Positions 1-9,727 of a DNA stretch of 64,000 nucleotides are shown here, in pieces. The stretch comes from Isosphaeraceae bacterium (GTDB taxonomy: Bacteria > Planctomycetota > Planctomycetia > Isosphaerales > Isosphaeraceae). The DNA is taken from positions 1 through 64,000 of the forward strand of contig CBDAVP010000008.1 of assembly GCA_965201075.1 (NCBI GenBank), given 5' to 3'. The stretch's first letter is position 1. Each line of letters starts with the position of its first letter. Under the pieces are notes generated by a model, which was given only the letters and a program-made list of their open reading frames with translations, ran no database searches and was not told the origin of the DNA. The translations under genes and the position numbers were made by a program.

Positions 1-2
1 TG

Positions 3-626
3 TTCCAGCCGGTCTATTCCGCGAATAACCTGCTCGGCGGGTCGTCGGCCGAGGGGGACGACCGGGGCCTGACCGACCTGGGCCGGGCGTTTCTGCAAAC
101 CCTCGACAGCCTGGCCCCCGCCAGTGGCGACGGCCCCCGGGCCATTTTCGACCTGGCCCACCTCAACCCGAACGCCTGCCGAGAGGCCCTGGGTTGGTTC
201 GAGGACGACCCCTCTAGGGCTAGCCGGGTCCTGCCGGTGTACAGCCACGGAGCCCTGCGTCATAACGGCTGCGCGACCCCCCGCGCCCTAACTTCGGAGA
301 ATCTGTTGAGACTTCGGGCTCTGGGGGGACTGGTCGGGCTGAGCGTGGGTTCCTCGTTTTACGCCTCGAGCGATGCGCTGAGGGAGGGGATCGAGGCGAT
401 TGCCGCGACCCCCTTCCTGGGAAGGGCCGGTTACGAGGGGATCGGCCTGGGGACCGACTTCCTGGGGGTCAACGCCGTCGCCCCCGGATTGGGCAATGCC
501 CTCGAGGTCGCGGCGTGGCTGGCCTCGACGTTCGAGCCGGCCGTCGCTTCGGCCCTGGCCGCCGGTAACGCCCGGGTCCTGCTGGCGAGGGCCGTTGGCG
601 TCGCGGCTCGGGACCCTCTCGACTGA
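3..626 (+). CDS. Membrane dipeptidase (peptidase M19) family protein, 5'-partial
   Basis: Open frame from the window edge: GLTDLGRAF, IFDLAH, VYSH and GLGTDF motifs typical of renal-dipeptidase-like amidohydrolases. Confidence 0.7.
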   Translation, partial: FQPVYSANNLLGGSSAEGDDRGLTDLGRAFLQTLDSLAPASGDGPRAIFDLAHLNPNACREALGWFEDDPSRASRVLPVYSHGALRHNGCATPRALTSENLLRLRALGGLVGLSVGSSFYASSDALREGIEAIAATPFLGRAGYEGIGLGTDFLGVNAVAPGLGNALEVAAWLASTFEPAVASALAAGNARVLLARAVGVAARDPLD

Positions 627-635
627 CCAAATCGC

Positions 636-3416
636 TCAGTTCGCCAGGCTGCTAGCCAGCGGGCTCGGGGGCAGGATGGTCGTCGGGGGCGGCGTGGCGT
701 TCGGCGTCGCTGGGGGCTTGGGCTGGTTCCGCTCCTTGGGCCTGTGCAGAAGCCACTGGCCGCAGGGGACCAGCACCGGGCGGACCAGCACCGCGTCGAT
801 GGTGATTCCCACCACCAAGGCGAAGCCCAACTGCCTCAGCGACACCAGCGGGCTGAACAGCAACGACGAGAAGCTGCACACGGTGATCGCCGCGGCCGAG
901 GAGATCAGGCCGCCCGTCTGGGCCACGCCCCGGGTGATCCCCGCCCGCAGGCCCAGCGCCTTCGATTCTTCCTGGAGCCGGGCCATCAGGAAGACGTTGT
1001 AGTCGACCCCGATGGCCACCAGCATCACGAACAGGAAGTAGGGGACCTTCCAGTCGAGTCCCTCGTTACCCAGCAACGTCACGAAAACCAGATGCGTGAC
1101 GCCCAGGGCGAACAGATACGTCAGAACCATCGTCCCAACCAGGTTCAGGCAAGCCACAACGTCACGCAGGGCCAGGACCAGGACCAGGAAGACGGCCAAG
1201 GGGACCAAAATCCACGTTTTGATCTGGTCTCGCCGGGTCAGGTCGCGGATATCGGCGCTTTCGGCGTTGGGCCCGGTGAGGATCGCGTGGACCTGGGGCG
1301 GGCCCATCTCTCCCACGTAGTCACGCAGTCGGTGGCGGAGGGTTTCGACCTGGTCCAGGGCCGCGGGCGAGAAGACGCGGCCGGTGGGGACCAGGTCGAT
1401 CTGGGCGAGGCGGCCATCGGGCGAGATGTAGGCGGCGAAGCTCTTGAGCAGCGCGGGGTTCTCTCTCACGGTGTCGGGAGTGATTAGCAGGCGGTCCAGG
1501 GCTCGGCGGCCGACCGGGTCGGCCAGGATCGACGAGACTTCATGGTGAGCGCGGCGGGCTCCGTCGGCGATCTCACCCGCGCCCTCGGCGGCCCTTTGAA
1601 GCTCTTTGAGCATCGTATCGCGGGGGTCGCCCCGGGACGGAGTGGCCGGCTGGGTGGCGGTCGCGGCAGGGGGCGGGGCTGAGCGACCGGTGCCGAAAAG
1701 GCCGCCGTACACCTGCTTGAGCCCCGAACTGAGCGGGTCGCCCTTGGGTTTCGGCGGCGGAGCGTCAGCGGCGGGGGCGGGGGCGGGGGCCGGTTTGGGC
1801 GTCGGTTTTCCCCCAGTGACGGAGATGCCGGTCAGTTCCTCCAGCAGCCTCGCGGCGCTGAGCTTGGCGGCGCCGTCGGTGAGCCCCTGGCGGAGCTGGT
1901 CGGCGCCGTCGGCCATCTTGCCGAACCCCGCATTGACCTCTCCCAGTCGCGAGGCCAGGCGGGCCCGATCCAGAGGCTCGGTGCTGCCGAGAGGTTGCGT
2001 CGCCGAACGGACCTCCTTGAGACTGCGCTGGTGGCTGAGGTAACGGCTAATCTCGTCGATCAAAGCCAGGCCCTGGGAGTCTCGCAGGTCGGCACGGTCG
2101 GCACGCAGGACCACGGTCAAGGGGCCGACCATGCCCGGACCGAACTTTTTGGCGATGAGCCCCATCCCCTTGACCGACGAGCGGGATTGGGGCAGTTCGG
2201 CGAAGACGTCCTGGATGAACGTGGTGCGAGAGCCCAGCGCGGCGGCCGGCACCATCAAGAGCAAGCCCAGGGCCCACGTCAGGATCGGGCGGGCCAGGAT
2301 CTTGTGGCCGACAACGTCCCAAAACCCCGAACTCGGCCGGGTCAGCCCCTTGAACGACGAGGGATGATGTTTCGCCAGCAGGACCAGCAGGGCGGGGGTC
2401 AGCGTCAGGGCGGCGGCCACCGTCAGGATCAAGCCCAATGCGACGCACGGGCCGGTGCTGGCGAACAGCTTGAATTGCATCAGGCCCATCATTGACAGGC
2501 CCACGACCACCGTCCCGGCGCTGGTCAACAGGGCGCCGATGGCCCGTCGAAGGGTCAGACTCATCGCGCCGCCGGGGTCGGCGGGGTCCCAATGCTCGCC
2601 AAATCGCCAGGACAGAAACAGACAGAAGTCGGTCCCGCAGCCGAAGAGGATGACCACCAGGAACAGTTCGACCAGCGGCGACAGGTCGAGCCCCACGCGG
2701 TCCAGGCTCGGCGACAACCAGGCCAGCACGCCCCGGGCGATGACCAGGCTGACGCCGATGGTCAGTAGCGGAACCATCGCCAGCAGGGCCGATCGGTAGA
2801 CCACCAGCAGGACGCCCATCAGGAGAAACACCGTGGCGATGGCGGCGCGGTCCAGAGAGCGTTTGACGTCGGCCATGTAGTCGCGACCAAAGACCCCGTC
2901 GCCGGTCCAGACCAGTTCCAGACCCGCCGGCCGGGCCTCGTCGCCAGCCTGGCGTTCGAGCCACTCGACAGTCAACTTGGTCGCGGGACTGACAAACGAG
3001 CGTTGCAGCTCGACCAGGACCAGTTGCGTCGTCTTGTCCTCGCTGACGAGACGCTCGGCGATCTCCGGAGGCGAGTGCGGACCGAGCACCCGGAGGACGT
3101 TGTCGGGGTGGTCCGGGCGGGCGAAGCGTCGAGCCAGGGTTTCGGCGAAGGCATGATCGGCGGCGTTGAGGCCGTCCGGTCGAGTCAGAGCGGCGACGGC
3201 CAGGGATTCATAGGCTTGGTCGGGCCACGCCGTGCGGAGAATTTGGGCGGCGGCGGCGCTTTCGGCGTTCTTGGGCAGCAGATTAGCCTGGCCCTCGGCG
3301 GCCAGTTTGGTGAGGTCGGGCGCGGCCAGGCCGACGACCAGGGCCAGCACGCCCCAGGCGACCACAATGGGCAAGGGGTGACGGCTGACAGTCCTGCGCA
3401 GGGTGGCGAACGGCAT
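636..3416 (-). CDS. MMPL/RND-family transporter
   Basis: Two TM clusters with GCGTDF and AIGVDYNVFL motifs, a central heptad/Pro-rich insert; start chosen at MPFATLRR. Confidence 0.85.
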   Translation of the reverse strand: MPFATLRRTVSRHPLPIVVAWGVLALVVGLAAPDLTKLAAEGQANLLPKNAESAAAAQILRTAWPDQAYESLAVAALTRPDGLNAADHAFAETLARRFARPDHPDNVLRVLGPHSPPEIAERLVSEDKTTQLVLVELQRSFVSPATKLTVEWLERQAGDEARPAGLELVWTGDGVFGRDYMADVKRSLDRAAIATVFLLMGVLLVVYRSALLAMVPLLTIGVSLVIARGVLAWLSPSLDRVGLDLSPLVELFLVVILFGCGTDFCLFLSWRFGEHWDPADPGGAMSLTLRRAIGALLTSAGTVVVGLSMMGLMQFKLFASTGPCVALGLILTVAAALTLTPALLVLLAKHHPSSFKGLTRPSSGFWDVVGHKILARPILTWALGLLLMVPAAALGSRTTFIQDVFAELPQSRSSVKGMGLIAKKFGPGMVGPLTVVLRADRADLRDSQGLALIDEISRYLSHQRSLKEVRSATQPLGSTEPLDRARLASRLGEVNAGFGKMADGADQLRQGLTDGAAKLSAARLLEELTGISVTGGKPTPKPAPAPAPAADAPPPKPKGDPLSSGLKQVYGGLFGTGRSAPPPAATATQPATPSRGDPRDTMLKELQRAAEGAGEIADGARRAHHEVSSILADPVGRRALDRLLITPDTVRENPALLKSFAAYISPDGRLAQIDLVPTGRVFSPAALDQVETLRHRLRDYVGEMGPPQVHAILTGPNAESADIRDLTRRDQIKTWILVPLAVFLVLVLALRDVVACLNLVGTMVLTYLFALGVTHLVFVTLLGNEGLDWKVPYFLFVMLVAIGVDYNVFLMARLQEESKALGLRAGITRGVAQTGGLISSAAAITVCSFSSLLFSPLVSLRQLGFALVVGITIDAVLVRPVLVPCGQWLLHRPKERNQPKPPATPNATPPPTTILPPSPLASSLAN

Positions 3417-3584
3417 CCGCGACGGCCTCCGTTTCCTCGATCGTCCCTGCGTCTCGGCACTCAACGAGACGAGGGAGCCACCCCCTTTCCCTGACCAGAT
3501 GGTCTGGGTTGGGGGCGAAAGGCCCCCACCATTTTGCAAACGTCGCGCCGCGTGTCCAACCCAATCGCGGCATCGCGATGACGA

Positions 3585-4919
3585 TCAGAGGCTCGGGCGG
3601 TCGTCGGGGGTCGGTATCGGGGACGCGTCGGGGCGTCCGCGTAACAATGATGCGATCAGAACCAGGGCCAAAATCAAACTCGTCGCCCACCCCCCCGCGG
3701 CGACGTACCAGGTCAGGCCACGCCCTGCCTCGGTGAGGGTGTCGGGAGTGGCCGATCCCGGGTCTCGGGCGGCGTCCTCGGCCTTCTGGAGGCGTTCGGC
3801 CAGCTCGGTAATCCGGGCCTTCTGCCCCGCGCTGGTGTCTCGGAGACGGCCAACTTCGTCGGCGAACTGGTTGAAGACGGACGACTTGCGGCGATTCTCG
3901 GCCAGGGCCTCGTCCCGTTCGCGGATCAGGCGTTCCAGCACCTCCGAGGCCTTGCCCTTCAGTCCCCCGGCCTCGACGCGGCCAAGAAGGGCGTCGAGCG
4001 CCTCGGCCTTGCCCGAGAGCCGCGCGGCCTCATTCCGGTCGGCGGCCGTGGCGCGACCGATCGCCTCCAGGGCCTGGGACTGCTGGCGGACCTGAGCCGC
4101 CAGGGACGACAGCCAGAGGCCCGCGCCAAGGATCAAGGCCCCGGCCACGGCTCCCAGCGAGCCGGCGAGCACGATCCAGGGGGAATCCGCCGAGGTGGTC
4201 GCGGGAGCGGAATGCGTCCGGGTCAGGGCGGCCATCAATTCGGCCTCCAGGAGAGGGGACAGGGTCGTCGACGGGCCGTCGTGGCCGATCCGGCCTTCCA
4301 GGTCGTCGAGTGTGCGAGCCAAGGCGACTCGCTCTCCCCGGCTGGCCGTGAGGTAGTAGCCGCCAACTTCCAACAGAGACCCATCCCGCCAGCGGAAGAA
4401 GCCACGGGTCTGGCGGACTGGGTCGACCACGTAGGCCACCTGGAGCGGTTGGGCGAAGAAGTGCTCGTGGATGAAGCGGTCGTGCCCCGAGAGGAACACA
4501 CCAAAATTGGGGTGGGTGTGATACCAGCCGACGATGTCGAGCGACGGGTGGAGGCGGTCGCGCTCCCGGCTGATCTCCTCCCAGGAGTCATGAGTGTAGG
4601 TGAAACTGGCCTGGGTATTCTCGAAGTGCTTGGCTTCCAGGGCCTGGGTGACCCAGACGAACGGCTCGCGAGTGCGGTCGTCGACGCACTCGCGGCCCAG
4701 CAGAATGCCCCCCAACTCGACCGAAGTGTCCCGTAGGGCGTGACGCTCGATCCGGTCGGCGGCGGCGCGGTCGAGGAAGATCGGCAAATCCCCGGGGGCA
4801 GGGGTTTCGTAGGGCAAGCAGGCCCAGTCGCCGTCGCGGTCGGGACGACGCAGGGGGCGGGGCTCCCGGAATGCGACGTCGCCGAAAACCATCTCCTCGC
4901 CGCCGGCCCCAGCGCTCAT
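3585..4919 (-). CDS. JAB/MPN+ (JAMM) metallo-isopeptidase with two TM helices and a coiled coil
   Basis: VELGGIL...GWYHTHPNFGVFLSGHD JAMM motif; hydrophobic segments WIVLAGSLGAVAGALILGAGLWL and WYVAAGGWATSLILALVLIASLL; 4 bp overlap with the upstream E1. Confidence 0.9.
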   Translation of the reverse strand: MSAGAGGEEMVFGDVAFREPRPLRRPDRDGDWACLPYETPAPGDLPIFLDRAAADRIERHALRDTSVELGGILLGRECVDDRTREPFVWVTQALEAKHFENTQASFTYTHDSWEEISRERDRLHPSLDIVGWYHTHPNFGVFLSGHDRFIHEHFFAQPLQVAYVVDPVRQTRGFFRWRDGSLLEVGGYYLTASRGERVALARTLDDLEGRIGHDGPSTTLSPLLEAELMAALTRTHSAPATTSADSPWIVLAGSLGAVAGALILGAGLWLSSLAAQVRQQSQALEAIGRATAADRNEAARLSGKAEALDALLGRVEAGGLKGKASEVLERLIRERDEALAENRRKSSVFNQFADEVGRLRDTSAGQKARITELAERLQKAEDAARDPGSATPDTLTEAGRGLTWYVAAGGWATSLILALVLIASLLRGRPDASPIPTPDDRPSL

Positions 4920-6091
4920 GACGGTCGCCCCAGCGGGAGGAACCCGTCGGAATCGCCCGTCAGCAGGGCGAACGCGGTCGCCTCGGCCCCGTCGACCCGG
5001 AGGATGTCACGAGCCGGGATTCCCAGATCCGCCAGCAATCGTACGGCCAGGGGCGAACCTTCCTCGACAGCGGAGATGACCTCGGGCCGGGCCTCGGCTT
5101 CGCAGCGAGGGCAGCGAGCCTCCGCCTGACGGACGGCCGATCGGGGACGGAAGACCTCGGACGACCAACCGCAGCGGGGGCAATCCATCGTGGTCACGAC
5201 GTCCCGGTCCAGCCGCAAGGTCCGGGGGCCGACCAGGCTACCGAGCCGGGCGAACAGGTCGGCGGCCGTCGCATGATGGCCCAACGGCAAAAGCCTCGGC
5301 TCGGGGTAGTGTTCGTGGCTAAGACAGTCGTCCTTGACGGGCAGCCTCGTCGTGTAGAACTGGTTGCCAACCCCGTTGAAGACCAGGGCCGAGCCGGCGG
5401 ACGAGGGGAGGCCATGGAGGATTTTCAAGGCTTCCTGGACCTGGAGGCCCGCCATCATCGAGGCGATCGTCGGCGACGTGGGGACCTTGCCCGCCTGGAG
5501 GTCTTCTCGGCGGAGCTGGGGACAACTATAGCGGAGGTTCAATAACTGGTAGTCCCGGGCAGTCATCCCGCACTCGTAGCAAGGGGGCTCGGGCGGAGTG
5601 AAAACCTTGACGACCCCCTGAATTTCCTGAATGCCGGCGTCAACCCAGGGCGTGCCCACCTTCCAGCACTGGCGATTGACCCAGAGCCGGGCCTCGCGAT
5701 TGTCCAGGCAGCCCAGCACCACGTCCGCGGCGGCAAAGGTGCCCAGGCCGACGTCGGTCAGGACGTCGCCGCGAATCCCCCGGACGGCAACGTCGGGATT
5801 GATCTCCCGGGCGCGCCGGGCGACAACCTCGGCCTTGGCGAGCCCGGCGTCCTCGGCCCGGAACAGCACCGAGCGGGACAGGTTGCCCGGTTCGATCGTG
5901 TCGAGGTCGATGACCAGGACCGAGCCGATTCCCAGCAGGGCCAGGTTCTTCAACGCCTCGTTGCCCAACGCTCCCGCGCCCACCACGAGAACCCGCGACG
6001 CGGCCAATCGCTCCTGACGCCACCAGGGGATCAGGCGGAGGCTGCCGTAGCGGTCGTCGTCGTCAATGACCAGGTCGATCCCCTCGCCCAT
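4916..6091 (-). CDS. ThiF/UBA-family E1-like activating enzyme with Zn-ribbon and C-terminal domain
   Basis: GAGALG, DLDTIEPGNLSR, CLDNREAR, CYEC, candidate catalytic Cys in RYSC, PTSPTIASM, two CPRC motifs, LLADLGI. Confidence 0.9.
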   Translation of the reverse strand: MGEGIDLVIDDDDRYGSLRLIPWWRQERLAASRVLVVGAGALGNEALKNLALLGIGSVLVIDLDTIEPGNLSRSVLFRAEDAGLAKAEVVARRAREINPDVAVRGIRGDVLTDVGLGTFAAADVVLGCLDNREARLWVNRQCWKVGTPWVDAGIQEIQGVVKVFTPPEPPCYECGMTARDYQLLNLRYSCPQLRREDLQAGKVPTSPTIASMMAGLQVQEALKILHGLPSSAGSALVFNGVGNQFYTTRLPVKDDCLSHEHYPEPRLLPLGHHATAADLFARLGSLVGPRTLRLDRDVVTTMDCPRCGWSSEVFRPRSAVRQAEARCPRCEAEARPEVISAVEEGSPLAVRLLADLGIPARDILRVDGAEATAFALLTGDSDGFLPLGRPS

Positions 6092-6112
6092 CGCAACTCC
6101 CGAAAGCTCGGT

Positions 6113-6973
6113 TCAGGGCAGGGGGAACCCGGCCGGCGGGCGGTCGATCGAGCCGTTCAGGCGGGCGCCGTCGTTGCGAGTCGCGCCCCCGGTGGCCAGG
6201 CGGAAGGTGTCGCCGGAGACCGCGGCGTCGATGTTGGTGGCGGGGTTGGCGTCGCCGGTGAACTTCGCCCGGGTCAGGGCCACCCAACGACCCTCGACCG
6301 ACTGGACCCACCCGGAGCCAAAGCGAGCGGCGCGGGCGTGGGTCAGTGAGACCCGGTCTCGGCGGAAATCCTCGATGAACGAGTAATAGCCACGAAGACC
6401 GGGCTTCGCCGACCGGGTCGAGAAGCTGACCAGGTGCCGCCAGCCGGGGTGTTCGGGGTCGAGGAAGTAGCCCGAAAACCGCGTTCTCGCCGGTCTCCCG
6501 TCCTCTCCGGTTTCGGCCTGGGCGCGGACCAGGAAGCGATACGGCTGGCCGAGCTTCCAGTCAAAGTCCAGGAACGACTGGCCGCCAGTCCCCTCGCCGC
6601 CGAACCGGCCCACCCTCACGGCGGGGTCCTTGTGGCGAAGCAGAACGCGGTCCTCGGACTTCACGGATTTCGGGTCGTCCTGGTCGCCGGGGTCCCAGAC
6701 CGAGAAGATCACGACCTTCTTCCCCTCGTCCTGCTCCTGGATGCCGAAATAGCCACCGTCGAACCCGCAGGCCATGAAGTAGGAGCCGGGGGCCGAGGAC
6801 TCGACGGTAAGCTCGGTGGTGAAGGTCGTCCCCTCAGGCGCCGGGTAGCCCAGGTGGACCGATCGGCAGGCGATGCCGGCCAGTCGCTCGTCGGCGGTGG
6901 CAATGGGCACGGCGAACGTCAGGAGGCCGGCGAGGGCCAGGGCCGGCGAGGGTGTCGGGCGAAAGATGGGCAT
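6113..6973 (-). CDS. Secreted DUF3472-like protein
   Basis: Signal-peptide-like N-terminus; CRSVHLGY, GGYFGIQE, IFSVWD, FGGEGTGGQS and YSFIEDF motifs. Confidence 0.7.
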   Translation of the reverse strand: MPIFRPTPSPALALAGLLTFAVPIATADERLAGIACRSVHLGYPAPEGTTFTTELTVESSAPGSYFMACGFDGGYFGIQEQDEGKKVVIFSVWDPGDQDDPKSVKSEDRVLLRHKDPAVRVGRFGGEGTGGQSFLDFDWKLGQPYRFLVRAQAETGEDGRPARTRFSGYFLDPEHPGWRHLVSFSTRSAKPGLRGYYSFIEDFRRDRVSLTHARAARFGSGWVQSVEGRWVALTRAKFTGDANPATNIDAAVSGDTFRLATGGATRNDGARLNGSIDRPPAGFPLP

Positions 6974-7005
6974 GCCGGGTTCCCGGGGTGGATGGGCGAG
7001 GCGGG

Positions 7006-7623
7006 TCAGTCGAGGAAGACCACCTCCGGCGCCTCGGGTCGGGAGGCGAGCGGTGGGAGAGAGGGAGGGACGGTAACGGTCTCGGCCTCGGCCTCGGCCG
7101 GGTGGGGCAGGCTTTCCATCGAGCGGCCGTCGCGCAGATTTCGCAGAGGGCGGGCGTCGATCGGGAAGGCATGCGAAGTCTGGTTGGCGGCCCACAGGGC
7201 GGCGTCGCGGTTATAGGGACTGCGGATGTCGTAGTTGTGGTAACGCACCATGTCCCAGAGCATCACGCAAAGCTCGTCCAGTTGCAGCGACGGAGCCCAA
7301 TGCGTGCCGTAGCCGCCGAGGCAGACCAGGCCGATCTCCGAAATGTTGGGATGGTAAATCGGCGTCAACCAGCGAAGCTCGGGAACGGCTCGGGGGTACG
7401 AGGCGCCTAGCTTGATCTCAACCTCGTGGACATCGCGGACAGCGACTCGGCCCTTCTCGCGAGCCAGGCCCCGCCCGTGGAACGTGACGACGTATTTTTG
7501 CGGAGGGGACCCCCAGGCGTGGAGTCGCAGAATCGTGCTCTCGCTCCGCAACGCTTCCATCGCCGCGCGGTCGGAACGCAACCGGCGGATCTGGGGCGAC
7601 TCGTACGGCCTTGGCTCACTCAT
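7006..7623 (-). CDS. Ubiquitin-conjugating E2 (UBC) enzyme
   Basis: YPRAVPELRWLTPIYHPNISEIGLVCL (HPN motif plus active-site Cys), WAP, SPYNRDAA. Confidence 0.9.
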   Translation of the reverse strand: MSEPRPYESPQIRRLRSDRAAMEALRSESTILRLHAWGSPPQKYVVTFHGRGLAREKGRVAVRDVHEVEIKLGASYPRAVPELRWLTPIYHPNISEIGLVCLGGYGTHWAPSLQLDELCVMLWDMVRYHNYDIRSPYNRDAALWAANQTSHAFPIDARPLRNLRDGRSMESLPHPAEAEAETVTVPPSLPPLASRPEAPEVVFLD

Positions 7624-7649
7624 TTGTGGCGTCCTCCGACTTTCGTCCG

Positions 7650-7943
7650 TCAGCCGGCGACCACTTCCGGGTAGACGATCAGGTGGTCGCCGTCGCGGAC
7701 CCCAGCCTCGACCAATGTCAAGCTTTCGATCAGGCGACGGCCCCCTTCCTTGTGGTCCAGGGCGTAGCTCATGGGCTGGCCATCGGGGCTGGTGGTAGGC
7801 AAGGTCATCTTGGTGATGATGTTGGGCAAGATCCGGCTGACCGGGACGCTGAAGGCGATGACCGCCTTGACCGACTTAGCGCCGGTTTGATCCAGGAACG
7901 TGATGTGGAGCCCCGCCGGGTCCGCGTTTCCGCCGTATGACAT
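7650..7943 (-). CDS. Ubiquitin-like beta-grasp protein (YukD/EsaB-like) ending in VVAG
   Basis: 97 aa; TLVEAGVRDGDHL ubiquitin-like signature; C-terminal Gly; GAGGAGG RBS; first gene of the E2/E1/JAB run. Confidence 0.85.
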   Translation of the reverse strand: MSYGGNADPAGLHITFLDQTGAKSVKAVIAFSVPVSRILPNIITKMTLPTTSPDGQPMSYALDHKEGGRRLIESLTLVEAGVRDGDHLIVYPEVVAG

Positions 7944-8104
7944 GGCGATGAGCCCTCCTCAGCAACCGATTCGCCCGCCGCCGGGAATTATTGCGACGCA
8001 CTGACCCCACAACCGTCGGACCACCCTTCCCAAGGATAGCCACCAAAACCCCGGGGAGGAACGGACCGGGCCCGGAATCTCGATCCGGGATGGCGGTGAT
8101 CCAC

Positions 8105-9727
8105 TCAGGCCGCCGCGGCGGTCCCCTCGGCCACCGACCGCTTCATGTAGAAGACCAGGGGGATCGGGATCAGGGCCATGATCCAGTAAATCCAGAAGAC
8201 GTCGAGGTACGCCATGATCTGGAACTGTTCGGAAACCCCCTGCTGGAGCAAGCCGAAGCCCTGGGCCCTCGCGTCGAACGAGGTCGCTCCGCCCCGGACC
8301 ATGCGGATTTGGGAGTACTGCTGGAGCAGGTCATCGACCACCTGCCGGGCGGGTCGAATATGCTCGGACAGGCGAAGCTGGTGGAACTGCGTCAGGCGGG
8401 GGACCATCCACGTCACCACGGCGATCCCCAGGCTGCTCCCCTCGTTGCGCAGCATGTTGAAGACACCGGCGGCGTTGTCGATCTGATTCTTGGCGATGTA
8501 CAGGTACGCCACGTTATTCAGGGGGACGAACAGCATCCCGGTCCCCAGGTTGGCCAGGCAGCGTGGGAGGATCAGCATCGTTGGCGAGACGTTCAGCGTG
8601 GCGTGGGCCTGCCAGTACTGGCCCAGTCCCAGACAGAACAGGCCGATCGGGATGATCCAGCGGGCGTCGACCTTGCGGCCCATCAGGAAGCCCATCACGG
8701 GCATCATCGCCATCGTCGCGAAGGCCGATGGAGAAATGATGAGCCCCGCATGGAAGGCATCGTAGCCGTAAAGAGTTTGGAGCATCTGCGGGGAGTTGAC
8801 ATTGCTGCCATAGACCACCGCGAAGGTGAAGAAGATCATCACGCCGCAGGCCAGAAAGTTGCGGTCGGCCAGGAGGCGGAGGTTGACGATCGGGTCCGGG
8901 TGGGCCAACTCCCAGGTCACGAAGCAGACGAATCCCACCATCATCACCACGAAAATCGTCTGAACCCGCCAGTGAGCGTCACCAAACCAGTCCCACTCCT
9001 GAGCTTTCGAGTAAAGAATCTCCAGCGAGCCCAGAAACATCGCCAGGAAGATGATCCCCATGTAATCGACCTTGAGCGCCTGCCCCGACGCTTTCCGGGC
9101 CTTGCGCTCGGCTGTCATCTCGGGCGGGTCGTGGATCAGGAAGTGGGTCAGGACCAAAGACACAATTCCGATGGGAATATTAATGAAAAAGATGTAACGC
9201 CAGTGGTAATTGTCGCTGATATATCCGCCCATCACCGGACCCAGAATCGGCGCGACGACGACCGCCACTCCGTAGATGGCCATCGCCATGCCGCGCAACT
9301 GGACAGGGAATGTGTCGATCAGAATCCCTTGCTCGGAGGGCTGGAGGCCGCCGCCGCCGATCCCCTGGAGGATCCGGCAGAGGATCAGGAGTTCCAGATT
9401 TGGCGCCGCTCCGCAGAGGGCCGAGCTGATCGTGAACAGGGCCACGCACGTCATGTAAAACCGCTTGCGGCCGATCAATCCGCTGAGCCACCCCGACAGG
9501 GGCAGGACAATGGCGTTGGCCATCAGGTAGCTGGTCAAAACCCAGTCGGCCTGACTCCGGCCGACCGAAAGCCCTCCCGAGATATAAGGCAGGGCGACGT
9601 TGGCGATCGAGGTATCGAGCACCTCCATGAACGTCGCCAGCGTCACCGTCAGCGCCACGAACCAGTGGTTGACGTGGCAGGGGGCACTCCGTCCGTCGCC
9701 GCAATCCGTCTGGCCGACGGCGCTCAT
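8105..9727 (-). CDS. DHA2-family MFS efflux permease (EmrB-like)
   Basis: MEVLDTSIANVALP, WVLTSYL, RILQGIGGG, FFINIPIG; many TM segments. Confidence 0.9.
   Translation of the reverse strand: MSAVGQTDCGDGRSAPCHVNHWFVALTVTLATFMEVLDTSIANVALPYISGGLSVGRSQADWVLTSYLMANAIVLPLSGWLSGLIGRKRFYMTCVALFTISSALCGAAPNLELLILCRILQGIGGGGLQPSEQGILIDTFPVQLRGMAMAIYGVAVVVAPILGPVMGGYISDNYHWRYIFFINIPIGIVSLVLTHFLIHDPPEMTAERKARKASGQALKVDYMGIIFLAMFLGSLEILYSKAQEWDWFGDAHWRVQTIFVVMMVGFVCFVTWELAHPDPIVNLRLLADRNFLACGVMIFFTFAVVYGSNVNSPQMLQTLYGYDAFHAGLIISPSAFATMAMMPVMGFLMGRKVDARWIIPIGLFCLGLGQYWQAHATLNVSPTMLILPRCLANLGTGMLFVPLNNVAYLYIAKNQIDNAAGVFNMLRNEGSSLGIAVVTWMVPRLTQFHQLRLSEHIRPARQVVDDLLQQYSQIRMVRGGATSFDARAQGFGLLQQGVSEQFQIMAYLDVFWIYWIMALIPIPLVFYMKRSVAEGTAAAA

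Noticed and set aside
3585..7623. CBASS/Pycsar Cap2-Cap3 accessory genes
   Set aside because: No nucleotide cyclase or effector is present; E1 and E2 are separate and a dedicated Ubl exists.
4916..7943. ThiS/MoaD-ThiF/MoeB sulfur-transfer interpretation
   Set aside because: An E2 with an intact HPN/Cys site is in the operon, and no thiamine, molybdopterin or cysteine-synthase genes are adjacent.
7650..7943. Type VII secretion YukD/EsaB component
   Set aside because: No FtsK-like ATPase or WXG100 genes in the window; the terminal Gly and enzyme neighbours favour conjugation.
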